A DNA stretch of 64,000 nt from Gnetum montanum (Eukaryota > Plantae > Gnetophyta), in the NCBI GenBank assembly GCA_015680685.1, contig MNCI01000520.1, positions 164,301 through 228,300 on the forward strand, given 5' to 3'. Positions 14,598-26,984 of this stretch are shown here, piece by piece. The position numbers and the translations under genes are program-made. Numbering within the stretch: position 1 is the first letter of the stretch; each line of letters begins with the position of its first letter. The notes beneath the pieces were generated by a model. It had not been told where the DNA came from and ran no database searches. It saw only the letters and a program-made list of their open reading frames with translations.

Positions 14598-17500
14598 TTA
14601 GCATAGGGGGCCATCACCCCCATGACTGAGTTGTAAGGGAGAGATCCAAAATAGGGAGTGCCTATTAGAATTTCTAAGAAGTGCCCAACTTCTCCCAATT
14701 GATGATCTTAAGTTGAGGGGTGGAAGTTGGCGACGCTCACGTTCCAATGTGTCTATGCCACGGTTGTTGGCATGAGTTTCCTCAGTTCGTTCCATGCATA
14801 TTTTCCTACTCCTATGAGGAGCTATCAACCACGAGGTGTCTACTACTTCTTGTGTGGTTGTTACATACAAGCATCTTTGTTGCAGAGTTTCTTGGGCACA
14901 CCTGTTACATGGAGACATTTCCTCCATGTCATCACCTGATTAATCACTGTACGTGATGCATGGAACTATCCTCTTCTCGATCTTTCCACATATTTTTACC
15001 TTAGAGATTTCCAAGGAAAGATCGTGGATCCTAATACATGCATCTACTGTGCTTAGCCATGCCCTTCCCATTATAATTGTGAAGTCCCCTTTGTTGTTGT
15101 TCACTTTGATCACTAGAAAGTCAGTTGGGTAGGACCAACCACACACAGTGGTAATAACATCCTCCACCAATCCTAAGGGAATGATGATGGACTAGTCTGC
15201 CAGCTCTAGTTGGATGTTGCTCTTCTTAAGTTGTGGCAGGGTCCAGGCGTGATACATCTTTTGTGAAATTAAGTTGACTCCGGAACCTGAGGCAAGAAGT
15301 GCTCGATGTGGTGCATTTCCAGTGATCTGCAAATAAATAAGGGGACTCCCAGGGTCAGTTAGTTTCTTGGGAAGGTGGCCTACCTTGATCCAGTCAATTA
15401 CAGTATGTGTTAACATAACTGTATGCGTTACACTCCTTTGGACTAAAGGGTTCTCCGAAGCGTTAGTGGTTAGAGGCCTATACATGTACCCATCCGCTTG
15501 TTGTTGTGAGAGTTTATCTGGGCTCCTAGTCCTAAAAAAGGGTCTCTTCTTTGTACAGTTGTCGTTAGAACTAGCCCCCAGTTGGATATTTACATGCTGA
15601 ATATTTATAGCTCTCGCGGCATTACGTTGTTGCGGTTGGGTAGGCAATTCCCCTTGCATTGTTGGAATAGGTTGTATGGGAACTACCAGAGGAAAAGGTG
15701 CGGGCAGAGTTAGAGGAGGGACGGAATGTGAGATGTCTCCCGGAGGAGAAGGAGTTCTTCTGAAGTACTCCCGCACTTGGTAGTGACGTTGGGGGGTAGT
15801 GTGACCCATAGATTCACCTGGAGAAACTGGCTGCTGCACATAATAACCATAAGGATCGGGTTGCCGATAATGGTATTGATGTGTTGGCGGTGGCATCCCC
15901 CATGACTATGGGTATTGCCACTGCTGGTGTTGGCCAATGGGCTATGGAGGAGTTCCACTTGGATAATATGTTAAGGGTTGGTGGAACTGCCTTGGGTTAC
16001 CTTGTGGATAAGGTAACCTTCGGTGTTTTTACCATTGATTAAGTCTTGGATTTAACGCATACACCCCAGACTCCTGTAGATGTGAGATAATTGGGCAACA
16101 TCCCTTAGGATGATCATAGTAGCAGACCTCACATCCACTATCATTGTCTAAATCAGAATTTATAGCCTCATTGGAGATAGAAATTTTTCCCTTACCCTTG
16201 TTATGTGCAGGGTTAAAGTTTCTCCTCTTAGTTTTTCCTTTGTCACTACCTTGCTCTACCTTAGACTCTTCTACAATTTTTAAGACTATTTATATTCATG
16301 AGTCTAAGGAATCCCACATTTGGTCTACCTTAGCCGATACCTCGGTTGTTAACTTTTGGATCAGCATGGTTTTCCGGTTCACCAACTCTTCGAGTCGTGA
16401 CTCATCTTCCTCATCATAGAATTTCACACTTTCTCTCTTACATAGCTCACCCTCTTCTTACGCTACTTGTTCCAACAAGCTTTCAACTTCATGGGCTCTT
16501 AGTTGGGAAAGTCTCCCTTGGGCGTAAGTCCCAAGAGCTCTTCTCGTTTCATTTCTTAGCCCATCCACGATGTGGTGAAGTTAATCCTGCTTAGCGTACC
16601 CATGGCCCGGGCAACGATGTAGCAATGTATAGTAATAGGCCATGGTAGCATCCAAGGGTTCATAAGCACTTTGTTTCCAGCCTTGGATCTGGTTACACAA
16701 ATTGGAAACTCTGGAGTACGTTTGATATTTGTTGTTGAATAATTCAAGCATCATATTCCACCTCCTGATGGTTTCTGGTTCTAAGGACCGGTACCAGCTC
16801 TCTGCTTCTTTGATGAGTGTCCTTGGAAATAACTTGAGCTTTTGCCACTCATTATCTATATTTTTCAAGGCACAGGCATCGTGGAATGCTTGTAAATGAT
16901 GTTAAGGATCAGCGTTGTATCCCCCTTCAAAAGGTGGGATATTATTTATGTCCAAATTCTTGATCCTACTATTCTTTAAGGGCCTTGTGGGGATCCAAAC
17001 TACCTCTATGATATCTAGCATGCCTTGGGTTGCAAGTAGGGGTGCATCATGATCATCTCTTTCATGACGTCTATGATGTCTTCGTGGTGGTTCCCTACTC
17101 TCCCTACGTCCTTGCCATTGTCCTAACTCCTCTCAACCTTCTTGTCAAGGTATTTCATCTTCGTTTTTAATTTTATCCTCCCCTTTATGCTCACGATGGC
17201 TGTGCCCAGATGTGGAAGGAGAGTGTGAATGGTGGGATGAAGGAGAAGAGGAAGGGGATCCATCACCATGGCGATGTTTCTTACCTTCTCTTCGGCTACT
17301 TCAGCCCCGATCGTTGTAACGATCCAAGTGTCCATCCTTAGTGTGAGTGGTTGTTCCTACCATGAATAGTTGGTGCTCATGGGGATCAGAGCCTATAGCA
17401 TGTATAGTTGATCGAAGGCCCTGATGCCTAACCTCTTCACCATTGTGAGGAGGAGGAACATCATTTTCTAAGAAATCCATTGTGAGGGGTTCTTCGTCTC

Positions 17501-17690
17501 CTATTTCACTAAGGACATGGGGGACCTTGCCCTTCAACAATGAATGTTGGCTCTCCTGCCTTTCATCCCAAATATGTTGTGCATTTGTGGGATGATAATC
17601 CCTTGTGTCATGGTCATCCAANAAAGTCAGGAAAATACTCATCAGGATGAGTATATGTGACCTTAGATTGTTTAGGACATGGCTGGTCTC
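14598..17690 (-). pseudogene. gag-pro: gag-aspartic protease pseudogene of element A
   Basis: Retrotransposon gag core QKLKLFPRTLIKEAESWYRSL (16581-16868); CEVCYYDHPKGCC (Cx2Cx3Hx4C) at about 16095-16133; LPKKLTDPGSPLI followed by protease site ALLASGSGVNLI (the expected catalytic D reads A here, whereas B has LDSS); IIMGRAWL protease C-motif. Several stops and frameshifts. Confidence 0.85.
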
Positions 17691-17883
17691 GGTTATGCAT
17701 GTGATGCTGACTGTCTTCTATGTTGTCCTTAGGTGAGTTGATTTCATGAGAAGAAGCCATCCTAATGGTGTGCTGTTTACCGTTATTTGTGTTCTTAATT
17801 AACTGATTAACCTGAAGGTTCGTTAGAGCTCACAACGATGCGAGTGATATCCCTTATGTTCAAATTGGCGTAAAAACACATAG

Positions 17884-17901
17884 TCCCCGGCAACGGCGCC
17901 A
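17884..17901 (-). promoter_or_regulatory. PBS of element A, tRNA-Asp type (TGGCGCCGTTGCCGGGGA)
   Basis: Lies 1 nt from the 5' LTR; this PBS is characteristic of Athila-lineage elements. Confidence 0.9.
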
Positions 17902-17902
17902 A

Positions 17903-18894
17903 TGATGAGTGGCAAGGTACCCCTACACTCAACCATACGAAACGAGCATAGCATGCGCGATCCGGTCGAACTCTACAGACTAAATGCCTAAATGCCACAA
18001 GGAACACTTGGGGTTAATCATTTGTTATCTTCCCAGGCTTTCTTGTATGTGTCACGGTGTATGGTTAAGCAAGTCTGAGGTATATGATTTTTTTGGTATT
18101 TTGAGGTTTATCGCCTATGCTAAAAGGTGAAGGGTAGAGAAACTAAACTAACTCTAACTATATCACTAAGTCCTAGCATCAGCATCCGTTCCCACTTACT
18201 GTACACACCCTGAACTGTGCAACTGTGGCTACCAAACACTAATCGTTACTGGGATTACCAGATGTAACGCACATGCTCGAAGCGGTCATACTGAGGCACC
18301 TAGCTAACCTAAGTGTGACAAGCAGCCAATTCCTTGACTATCCATACACATCTGTAGATTCTAGTAATCAAGTCGTACTTGTCCCACGTTCTACGAGGAA
18401 AAGGGTGAGAGAAACTAATCACGATGAGTAACCGATTCCTTGGCTAGCCATACACGTTCGTCAATGCTCGTAACCAAGTCGTACTCATGCCGCATCACTA
18501 GGAAAGCAGTAAATAACATTAATTAAACCTATCCATGCACTGCAAGGTTTATCCACAAAGCTTGTCTTTATTGCCGTACACAACTTGCGTTCAGGTACAA
18601 AGCTGCTCGAATAAAGAACCGTTCACTTCGGGAACTCCTACTGCGGGCACATGGAAAATATTCTATCTCTGGGGTGATCAATCCACCAGAGCTTTGCTAC
18701 TTTACACCTATGATTATGAATGAGGGGAGTGCTGCCTCTTATTTATAGATATGGTGATGGACCGCAATATCGCGTACGCAATATCACAGGGAAGGACGCG
18801 ATATTGCGTACGCGATATCGCAGGGGATGCGATATCGCGTCGACCGTGATATCGCCTATGCGATATCACAGCTTGTGCAATCCACGTCTCATCA
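17903..18894 (-). repeat. 5' LTR of element A
   Basis: Near-identical to 11997-12905, but with an expanded GCGATATCGC array at about 18764-18870. Confidence 0.93.
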
Positions 18895-20080
18895 AGTCTT
18901 AATTACAACTCCAATTTCAGGTCTTATTACAATAATGATAACACTTATTATGTAGAGGCTCCATCTTCATTATACAGCAGCACCATTTGGGAATGGGAAG
19001 ATTATAAAGTTGGTACTTCTTCTACATACTTATTGGCTATAGATCTTATGGCCTCTCAGGATCATATTTTTTTATAGAATGCTACTAGTGCCACCTTTAA
19101 CACATGAACATGTTTCAAATCACTGTAGTAATCCTCCATTTTTTATGGCTCAATGACTTTGCCTTTCTATTTATGTTTGTAGTTTTGAATTCCCTAATAA
19201 TTAATTATCCATTTTTTATTTTGTTAACCACACAAAATTGTGCTTAGCTTTTGTTATCCCATGTAGTAGCTAAATGATATTCAAGGTTAGAAACATCAGA
19301 CTATTCTCTATATAAACCTCCTTAGTTACAACATGTTGAGAGCTTTTTAATTAGCTCATTTGGAATATTTTAAAAACCTCATTCCAAAAAGACTAATAAT
19401 TTTATAATATTTAAAGGAATATCTTATGCTCTTATAGAGAATTTTTTGTACATCTTTTGATAGTTCAAATGGTGTATTAGGTTAATCAAAAGCATGCTAA
19501 AAAGAATAAACCATAGAAATCAACAATCAACTTCTTACCCAAAAATATGTGTTAATTCATTATACACTCTTATAATATTCTCATTCACATGCTTTCCAAT
19601 AATGCCAAACTAGATATTATTCTAATAGTAGTAGCTTCTCACATGTCAAACCTCTTAAACATAGCATGTCCTATAGGTAAGATTTTTATTGTCATTTACA
19701 TTCTTGCAATTGTAATGACATATATTAGTGTCTTAGGAAATAGTGTTCTTATTGGTAAACACTTTAATTTGACCTTTATCAAGTTATAGAATTATAATCA
19801 AAATGTATTTTATAATGGTTTCAAACATTACCCCTCTTTAAAATGCTAATGAACTAGTGCATTTATATCTTTTCTTTACAATAGCTTCTTCATCATCTAA
19901 ATTATGTGCTATCCATTAAGGACCCAAAGCCTACCTTTTCATCTTAAAGTTTAGCAACCCATTTTTTTTGTTAGATTTCTTACCATGGTGATATTCATGG
20001 ACATGAAAATACACTCTTTCAACCTTGCAGTCATATTCTTTGTAAAGTTGTTGACGAGGCTATTAACATATGCTTGATTT

Positions 20081-22140
20081 TGAAACACCACTAATTTTAG
20101 GCTCTTGCAACTTAGCATCAGATTTGTCTAAGTGTTGAAACATGGGAAAAATTTCTCTAAGTCTGGTGTTACAATACATAGCATAGATAGCGTAGCACCC
20201 TGGAAGTCCTAATGTTTGCAAAAACTTTTCTAAGTCTCCTTGCTACGCTCCCTAGCATAGTCAGCATAACACCCATTTCCAAGGCCAGTTTGCATAAATG
20301 TCAAGCTAGAAGCAATCAAAAGGACACTAAGGATGGACTAAATAGTTCAGAAAATTTTCTATCTTTTGGGCTATCAAGCTTGCTATGCTCTCCAGCTTGC
20401 CTAGCTTGACAAATGTCCCAGTTGCTAGTCCACCCAGGTGCTAGGCTAGGAGTTGTCAAAAGTGCACAAGATGGACTAAAAAATTTGACAAATTTTCTAT
20501 CTTTGAACCTGTTACACTCTGCTACACTACATAGCATAGACAGCGTAGTAGGAATTTAAAAATTAAATCTTTCTAAGTGTTGGACCATACATGGAAGGTG
20601 CATTTGACAATTTTTCAACTTCTAAGGCTACTTGACCTACTTCATCCTTAGAGTGTGATCAGCGTCCCATGGAAAAACATTGCAAGTTCTATCAAAATTC
20701 ATCTAAAATTTGGTGTTACGCTTTGCTATGCTACATATCATAGATAGTGTAGTAGAGGTGCCAAGGTCAAAAATTTTCCAAGTATGAAATGAGGGGGTAT
20801 CAGGTTATTCTGATAGGGAAGATGCATTTTTATGGTTGTTGAAATTGCTTATCTTGCTAAATCCTAGAGTGATGTTTTTAATTTTGGAAAATTTATCTAA
20901 AAAATGGGTGCTATGCTCTACTACATTATGTAGCATAGATAGTATAGTGGGCCAAAACTCCAAAATTTTTCTAAGTGTTTACGCTACGCTTTGTCACGTT
21001 GGGTAGCATAGACAACATAACACTTGGAAAATGCCTTCGAATGCCTCCAAAAGAACCCAGAACTTAGCATTGATCTTCATTTTAGCCCTGGCATCTCTAT
21101 GGTAGCCATGATTAGTAGTTCTCTTTGTTTTTGCACCCCGTGTTGATCCCCAAAATTTTCTCTATGCTTGACCCTACTTGGAAGAGGAGGGAAGATGTAG
21201 TCCCAAAGCCTCAACTCCAAGTTGCATCTGTTTTGGGCATTTTTGTAGGTACATGGTAGTTCTTTAGACTTTGGCACATGCATTTTGGACAATATGGTGA
21301 TAGTTTGGTAGATTCTTAGTCCCTGTTCTTGTCCTATCGATCATAGCACCATTAAGCTGAACACTTTGAGCATAGCACATTAGCGTGACACACTCACATT
21401 CATGCTATGTGGGACCTAGGACACATGGCATCCAATCCATGTCTCCCAGAAACCCTAACTCTATAAATACCCTAGTGATCATCATTTTAAGGGTTGGCTT
21501 TGGTAGAAGACTTGAAAGAAAAAGGTTGGTGAGCAGCAAATCTTGGCAATAGAGCATTCCAAACATCTGCCCCACTCCTGCACTTGAGCATGACACCTAC
21601 AGCCTACACCCACATAGCGTAACAACTATCAGTCTAGAAAGCTTCAACTCCTTTGCATCTATCAGCACCATGTCCATAGCGTCCTAGGGACTATGACCAT
21701 ATTTCCTTGCTACCCTGTTGTGCCTACCTAACACTGCGTACTAGTTGTACATACCATTTAATTAGAAGTCACGTTCCCCAATCTTGGGGTGGTGCATTTC
21801 CTCACCTAAACTCTTATTTCATTTTTCAACAGCATATGTTTTAAACTATTAGTGCACTTATTTATTTCTATTTTTAATATGCATTAAGATACACATGTTG
21901 ATACACTCTCGCCGTTATGTATGCTACATTTCTGTTTGTGTCAACTCCTGTGCATGATGCTCTAAAAACACTATTCACAAATGGTTATTAGACACCACGT
22001 AAGTCCCTGTTTGATCAACCAAATAGTTTAGGGTATACAACTTTAGTTCTCTACAGCACAGCCCTCCCATGGACTCAAGGTTAGGCTATACACTTGATGA
22101 TCTCTCAGTGTTCTAGCCACCAATGTTTTCAGATGCTACA
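20081..22140 (+). repeat. 5' LTR of element E
   Basis: Colinear with 37884-39942; TATA box CTATAAATA at about 21461-21469; many TAGCATAG/GCTACGCT and AAATTTTCTAAGT motifs in U3. Confidence 0.92.
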
Positions 22141-22145
22141 GTTTT

Positions 22146-22162
22146 TGGTGCTAGAAGGAGGG
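22146..22162 (+). promoter_or_regulatory. PBS of element E, tRNA-Asn type (TGGTGCTAGAAGGAGGG)
   Basis: Complementary, with one C>T change, to the plant tRNA-Asn 3' end (...CCCUCCUUCUAGCG-CCA) as I recall it. Confidence 0.8.
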
Positions 22163-22588
22163 CCTTCCTATTCCTTCTGTGTGCCATGGGTAGTCCTATG
22201 TGCTTTCTATACCCCATCACTAGCAATAAGCTAGTGTGGACGTAACACACCTATGGACCTATTATGGAAGTAACTGGATCATGGACCAGTACAAGCGTTT
22301 TCTACATTCTGGTTGATGTAGATTGGTCCCAGTTGATGATTCCCCTAGAACCTTGTAGGACAAAAATCCCAAAGCTATGTACTATGTTAAGCTTTTTTTT
22401 TTCTATGTAGTGTGAAAACCCTATTAGCATAATAGTCCCTCTCAATGTAGCAAGTGTAGTAGCAAAAATAACAGTTTTTCAGCATTTTCAACCTTAGCCA
22501 TTTTTGGCCTCTTTGTGTTACAATTTTTATATTTAATAGTGTTTCTTGCAAACGTCTCTCCTTCTCACATCTCTTCTACATAGGGAAG

Positions 22589-25500
22589 ATGAATCCTACT
22601 AGCACTTCAACTACCACCTTAAGTTTAGAGGGGTTCCACCCTATCCAACACATGGGGGATGTTGAGCAACCACTTAGCCCAGTGCGACTACCATGATAGT
22701 CTCTTAGATTGCAACATCAATCACCCAAACACAAAGCATGTGGTGAGAAGCAATACAACTTCTTATGTGCAAAAGTCCAAGCAAGCCTATGTTGGATTGC
22801 CAGGAATTTCAAGAAAAGCATAATTTTGAAATCACCCATCTGAATGGAAAGGATTTCCTTCTTACACCAGATGCTATTGTACCACTCACTAAAATGCTCC
22901 AATGGATTTTGAACCAACATATTTGACTAAGTGGGCCAAAAGAGTGAGATACAGCGTCCCTCTATGATGAGCCTCTCCATGATGGGCAAGAAGAGTTTGA
23001 ATCCAATTCTGATGGTGGTGGCCCACTCTATGCCATAGCCTCACAGTTTACCTTTGTATTCCTTTCACACTAGTCATAGTCTTCCTCTTCTTTTGTGACA
23101 GCTATGACATTCCCCCAGTCCAAACTTTCCTTGGTGGTAGGTAGCCATCAAATGTTGTCAACACAATAGCATGTAGGGCCTTTGACCTCCTTTCCCTTTA
23201 TTATTCCTTTGTAGTATGTTCAGTTTTCATAGCCAGTATCTGTGACATCCACATTGTCATACATACACACTATACCCACGTCACAGCCACCAACCAACCT
23301 TGTTTCCATTATCCCTCCTATGTCATTCCCACCACCAATAGTAGTACCAACTTCAACCACGTGGTAGGCAGTGATGTCCTTTCCTATTGTCCAATTATCT
23401 CAGATGCCATAGTATATGTAGCCCCAAATGTATCAAGCTTCACATATGGTGCAACCAACTACGGGGCTTTGGGCTACTCCAGTAATAGGGTAGGTAACTG
23501 TTCCCATAGCACCACCAATGGTAGTTGCTCTTGCGGCACCACTCATAGGGCTATGGGTAGCTCAGATGGTGCCACTAATGGGAGCTACTCCAATAGCACC
23601 CCCAATGGGATTGGTAGCTGCACCAATAGCATAACCAATGGTGGCTACTCTAACGGTACCATTGGAAGTCCAACTAATGCAACCTTCTGTAACACACCTA
23701 GGTTTAGACCAAGCTTTTCAGCTTGTTCAAACCCTCACTAATGAAGTCAAGTAGCTTAAAGCTACCGATGCTAATATAGTCCATGTAATGGACTTTTATC
23801 AGGATGACCCTATTAGGCCTACTGTACCTCCGCTCACCATGCCTCCTGGAATCTCGATCCCTCGATTTACAAAATACAATGAAGAAGGTAACCCAAATGC
23901 TCACCTAGTCACATTCCACTCTAAATATTTTTTACTGAAACCCTGGGTGCATGCAATTATTCATGTCTTCACCATGTCCTTAACCATAAAAGCTTTAGAA
24001 TGGTATTGCCCACTCCCTCGTGCTTCTATTTCAACTTTAGAAGAGTTGCTAAGCCAATTTGTAACTCGCTTCAAGTACAACTTTAAGTCTGAAGCCACCT
24101 TAGACTAGCTCATGAATGTCAAAAAAGAAGCGTTAGAACCCGTTTAGAAATTCATAAAATGTTGGAGCACTTCCTTAAATGAGATTCGTGAGCTAATTGT
24201 TGAAGCCCATCTACTGGCTATTTTTAAGGGTGTTGTAAATGATTTCATCAAATATAAGCTATATTACTTAGCTCCACGTCCTCTTAGCCAAGCCTTTGCT
24301 CAAACAAAGAGCATTCAAGATGAAGTAGAGGCTAGTAAAGACCTAGCTTACATAGCTTATAAATATGCACATACAAAGAAAGATAAGGAAAAGGGGAAGG
24401 CCGCCACAACCACAGTGGCCACAATGGCTAACAAAACCAAGCCCAACAATAATAAAAAAGTTGCCAAAATGCCTAAGGCCCTAGCCACAACCAACACAAC
24501 ATCTAGTTCTAGCAACACGTGAACTAGCCAACCTCCAACATCAACGGCCATGGCACAAACTTCACCAAGGCCAAATTTTGAGTGCAAGGATCACTTGAAA
24601 TATACCTCACTACAAATTAATCCATCAAAGCTCTTAGACCAACTACTAGGTGTTGGACGTATTCAACATAAGCAAATGTTAGAAGATACCGAAAAGTGTC
24701 ATGAGAGGTACCATGAGATCCTTCAAGACCCCTCTATAGCTATGCCTAATAAGTCTCCAACACCTAGAAATTTTAAGCTAGATCGATTTTGCAACTACCA
24801 CCAGTTGTATGGTCATGACATAGATTATTGCTTAGCATTGAAAGATGACACTCAATGTATGATTAATCAAGGTAAGCTAGTCCTTGACAAAAATAAACTT
24901 GTCTGACTAGAAAACCAATCTATGAATGTCTATAAGGACCCGTTGAATGCTAATAGTGTAGGCTATACCATTAATGCCATCAGCATTGATGACAATGCAA
25001 AGTCAACACATGAGCCATTTGTGGTCCGTGTCCCTTCCTATGATGTTGAAGCTTCAATGTCAACCAGGCTATAGGCCCCTTTTGTCATTAAGGTGTCATC
25101 ACAGGGGCCCGTTACACCCTTCATAGTTAGGGCTCCACAACACACTACTGCAAGAACCTAGGCACCTTTTATTATAAGGGTGCCAAAACATACAAACTCC
25201 TCATTTTCCCAAAGTCTGGTGGTTGGAACTGTGTCACAACCTTCTTTTCTAAGGAAACATGATGAGTGCTTAGTTGACAAGATGATTAAGGAAAACACTA
25301 CACTAGGCCCCCCTAAGCCCATCCCCTTGTCAGCAGTTCCTATGGCCTCATTGCCAAAAGCCACTGGCATCCACACACGCATACAAAAATTGACCCCTGA
25401 GGCTTAAAAACCCATGTTTTAGCCAATATTCACTCCTCCTCCTTGGGAAATCCATCTCTTAGGGCATATAGAGAAAAAAAAACCTCCAAACAACTAGACA

Positions 25501-26470
25501 GTCGACAAGATTTCCTAGACACACTTTCATAGGTTAGATAAGCTTTAAAACAAAAAAAATACAACTCTAAGCTTGTATGATTTAATAATGACTTCTACTA
25601 CACATCATGAGGCTTTGATCCATATGATGGCATCTATTCTTGTTAAGGAAGATATGCCAGCAGAGGAAAGAGCCATTCATGCTGTCATGCTTCCACCTAT
25701 AGCTAAAGAATCATGGTCGACCCTCTTAACTTTTCATGATGAAGCTATTAAAGTTGATCCTGAAAAGGGGCAAGTAACCACTACCCCTATGTTTATACTA
25801 ATTCATGTAGACTAGTACAGGATTTGTAGGGTGCATTTTGATGATGGGATAACAAAAAATGTAATTTTGTTCCTTGTTGTTGACAAGCTAGGCTTGGTGG
25901 ATCAAATCAAGCCCATGACAACTTCTTGTTTGAAGGCATTCAACAGGGCATGTGTCGTGGTCAAGGGAACTATCACTATCAATTTTGTGGTAGGGGATTA
26001 GTTCCTCACTAGTGTAGAATTCATCGTGGTAGAAGAGATGCCTAGGTTCAATTTGATCTTGGGAAGATCTTGGTTAGCGCAATTAAGGGTTGTCTCTTCA
26101 CTGATACACCAAGAGATCCACCTANTGCAATTAAGGGTTGTCTCTTCACTGATACACCAAGAGATCCACCTACCCTATGCAGGTGGAGAGGTGGTGATCT
26201 TTGGTTATGACGTAGCCCCTCAAGCTATCAACAATATAAACATAGAGCAAGGGTTAAAAATAAAAGTCTTTGAAGATGTGTCACCTATCCATGCTTAAAC
26301 CCAATGTTGTTCAGCAAATGAGCCAGAAAAAACTAATGACCTGCATGAAGAAACTATATGGGCAGAGTTACCTTTTTCAATGGTAGATGATATCCTAGAG
26401 GAGTACCACCTTAAGTCTTCCAGGCCATATGCCTTGCCTAACCCACATCGGATTAGGAAATAGTTACATG
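22589..26470 (+). pseudogene. gag-pro: gag and protease of element E, with a long Pro/Val/Met-rich N-terminal region
   Basis: IPRFTKYNEEGNPNAHL...ALEWY...F (23788-24108); FCNYHQLYGHDIDYCLALK Tat-type knuckle (24550-24906); protease region ending FNLILGRSWL...SLIHQ (about 25810-26200). Many in-frame stops; start coordinate approximate. Confidence 0.85.
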
Positions 26471-26589
26471 ATTAGGGCATAGCCCTACTTTATTCCCTTG
26501 ATTCTTTTATCTTTAACACTTTTGTTTGTACAATTTCAATTTTGCATTGTGTTTACCTTTCATGTTAGTTATATAGTTGTGGCTAAAAA

Positions 26590-26765
26590 TGACCTTAAAC
26601 TATCACCATGGCCAACCAAGGCCTAAGACTAATAGTCCACTCTCTGTGTTAATTACCCATGGCCCAAAATGGCCTTAAACTAGCCATGGCTTGAAATGGC
26701 CTTAAACTAGCCACCACCCAAAATGGCCATAACCTACAGTATGGCCCAAAATGGCCTTAAACTAT
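26590..26765 (+). repeat. Tandem repeats of about 28-31 bp, core ATGGCCTTAAACTA
   Basis: Five or six degenerate units are visible directly. Confidence 0.8.
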
Positions 26766-26984
26766 CGTAGAAGGCCCATAAGGGGACTAACTACATAAAA
26801 AAATGTGTCAAGTGAAAGAAATAGAACAAATATCATACTTTGTTATTAATCTATAAATTCAATTGTAAATGAAACATATAGTCTAAAGTTGTGTCCACAT
26901 TCAAAATTGCAACATTTCCCAACAATGGGGGTTACATTTTAAAATTTTAAAATATTAATGAATAGGCTATGGGTTCACTTCTAT

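Larger units (their letters stand above)
11997..18894 (-). mobile_element. Element A: non-autonomous Athila-like Ty3/gypsy LTR retrotransposon (gag-protease, no RT/RNase H/integrase)
   Basis: Termini TGATGAG...CTCATCA; exact TSD AGTCT (11992-11996, 18895-18899); two highly similar LTRs; tRNA-Asp PBS; PPT next to the 3' LTR; gag and protease motifs. Confidence 0.93.
11582..19006 (-). mobile_element. Solo LTR G1, split by insertion of element A (pieces 11582-11996 and 18900-19006)
   Basis: It is the reverse-complement homologue of the LTR at 61544-62116 on both sides of element A. Exact TSD AAGTT at 11577-11581 and 19007-19011. Confidence 0.85.

Noticed and set aside
14051-17622. Apparent deletions in A relative to B at 14051 and 17622
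   Set aside because: Both coincide with single Ns where B has roughly 150-200 extra bases; they are most likely collapsed assembly gaps.
17884-17901. tRNA-like sequences (also 22146-22162, 43576-43588, 50466-50483)
   Set aside because: Only 12-18-nt complements of tRNA 3' ends next to LTRs; these are primer binding sites, not tRNA genes.
19012-20075. Specific assignment of the ground sequence to a giant virus or pararetrovirus
   Set aside because: No hallmark viral motif was recognised; kept only as an unassigned decayed coding region.
23361-23741. 126-aa Gly/Ser/Asn/Thr-rich ORF resembling a repeat protein
   Set aside because: Alternative frame of the Pro/Val/Met-rich low-complexity region upstream of the gag core.
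26079-26172. Exact 46-bp direct duplication in the E protease (QLRVVSSLIHQEIHL twice)
   Set aside because: The copies are identical in otherwise decayed DNA and separated by an N at 26125; this is typical of an unmerged contig overlap, so it is an assembly artefact.
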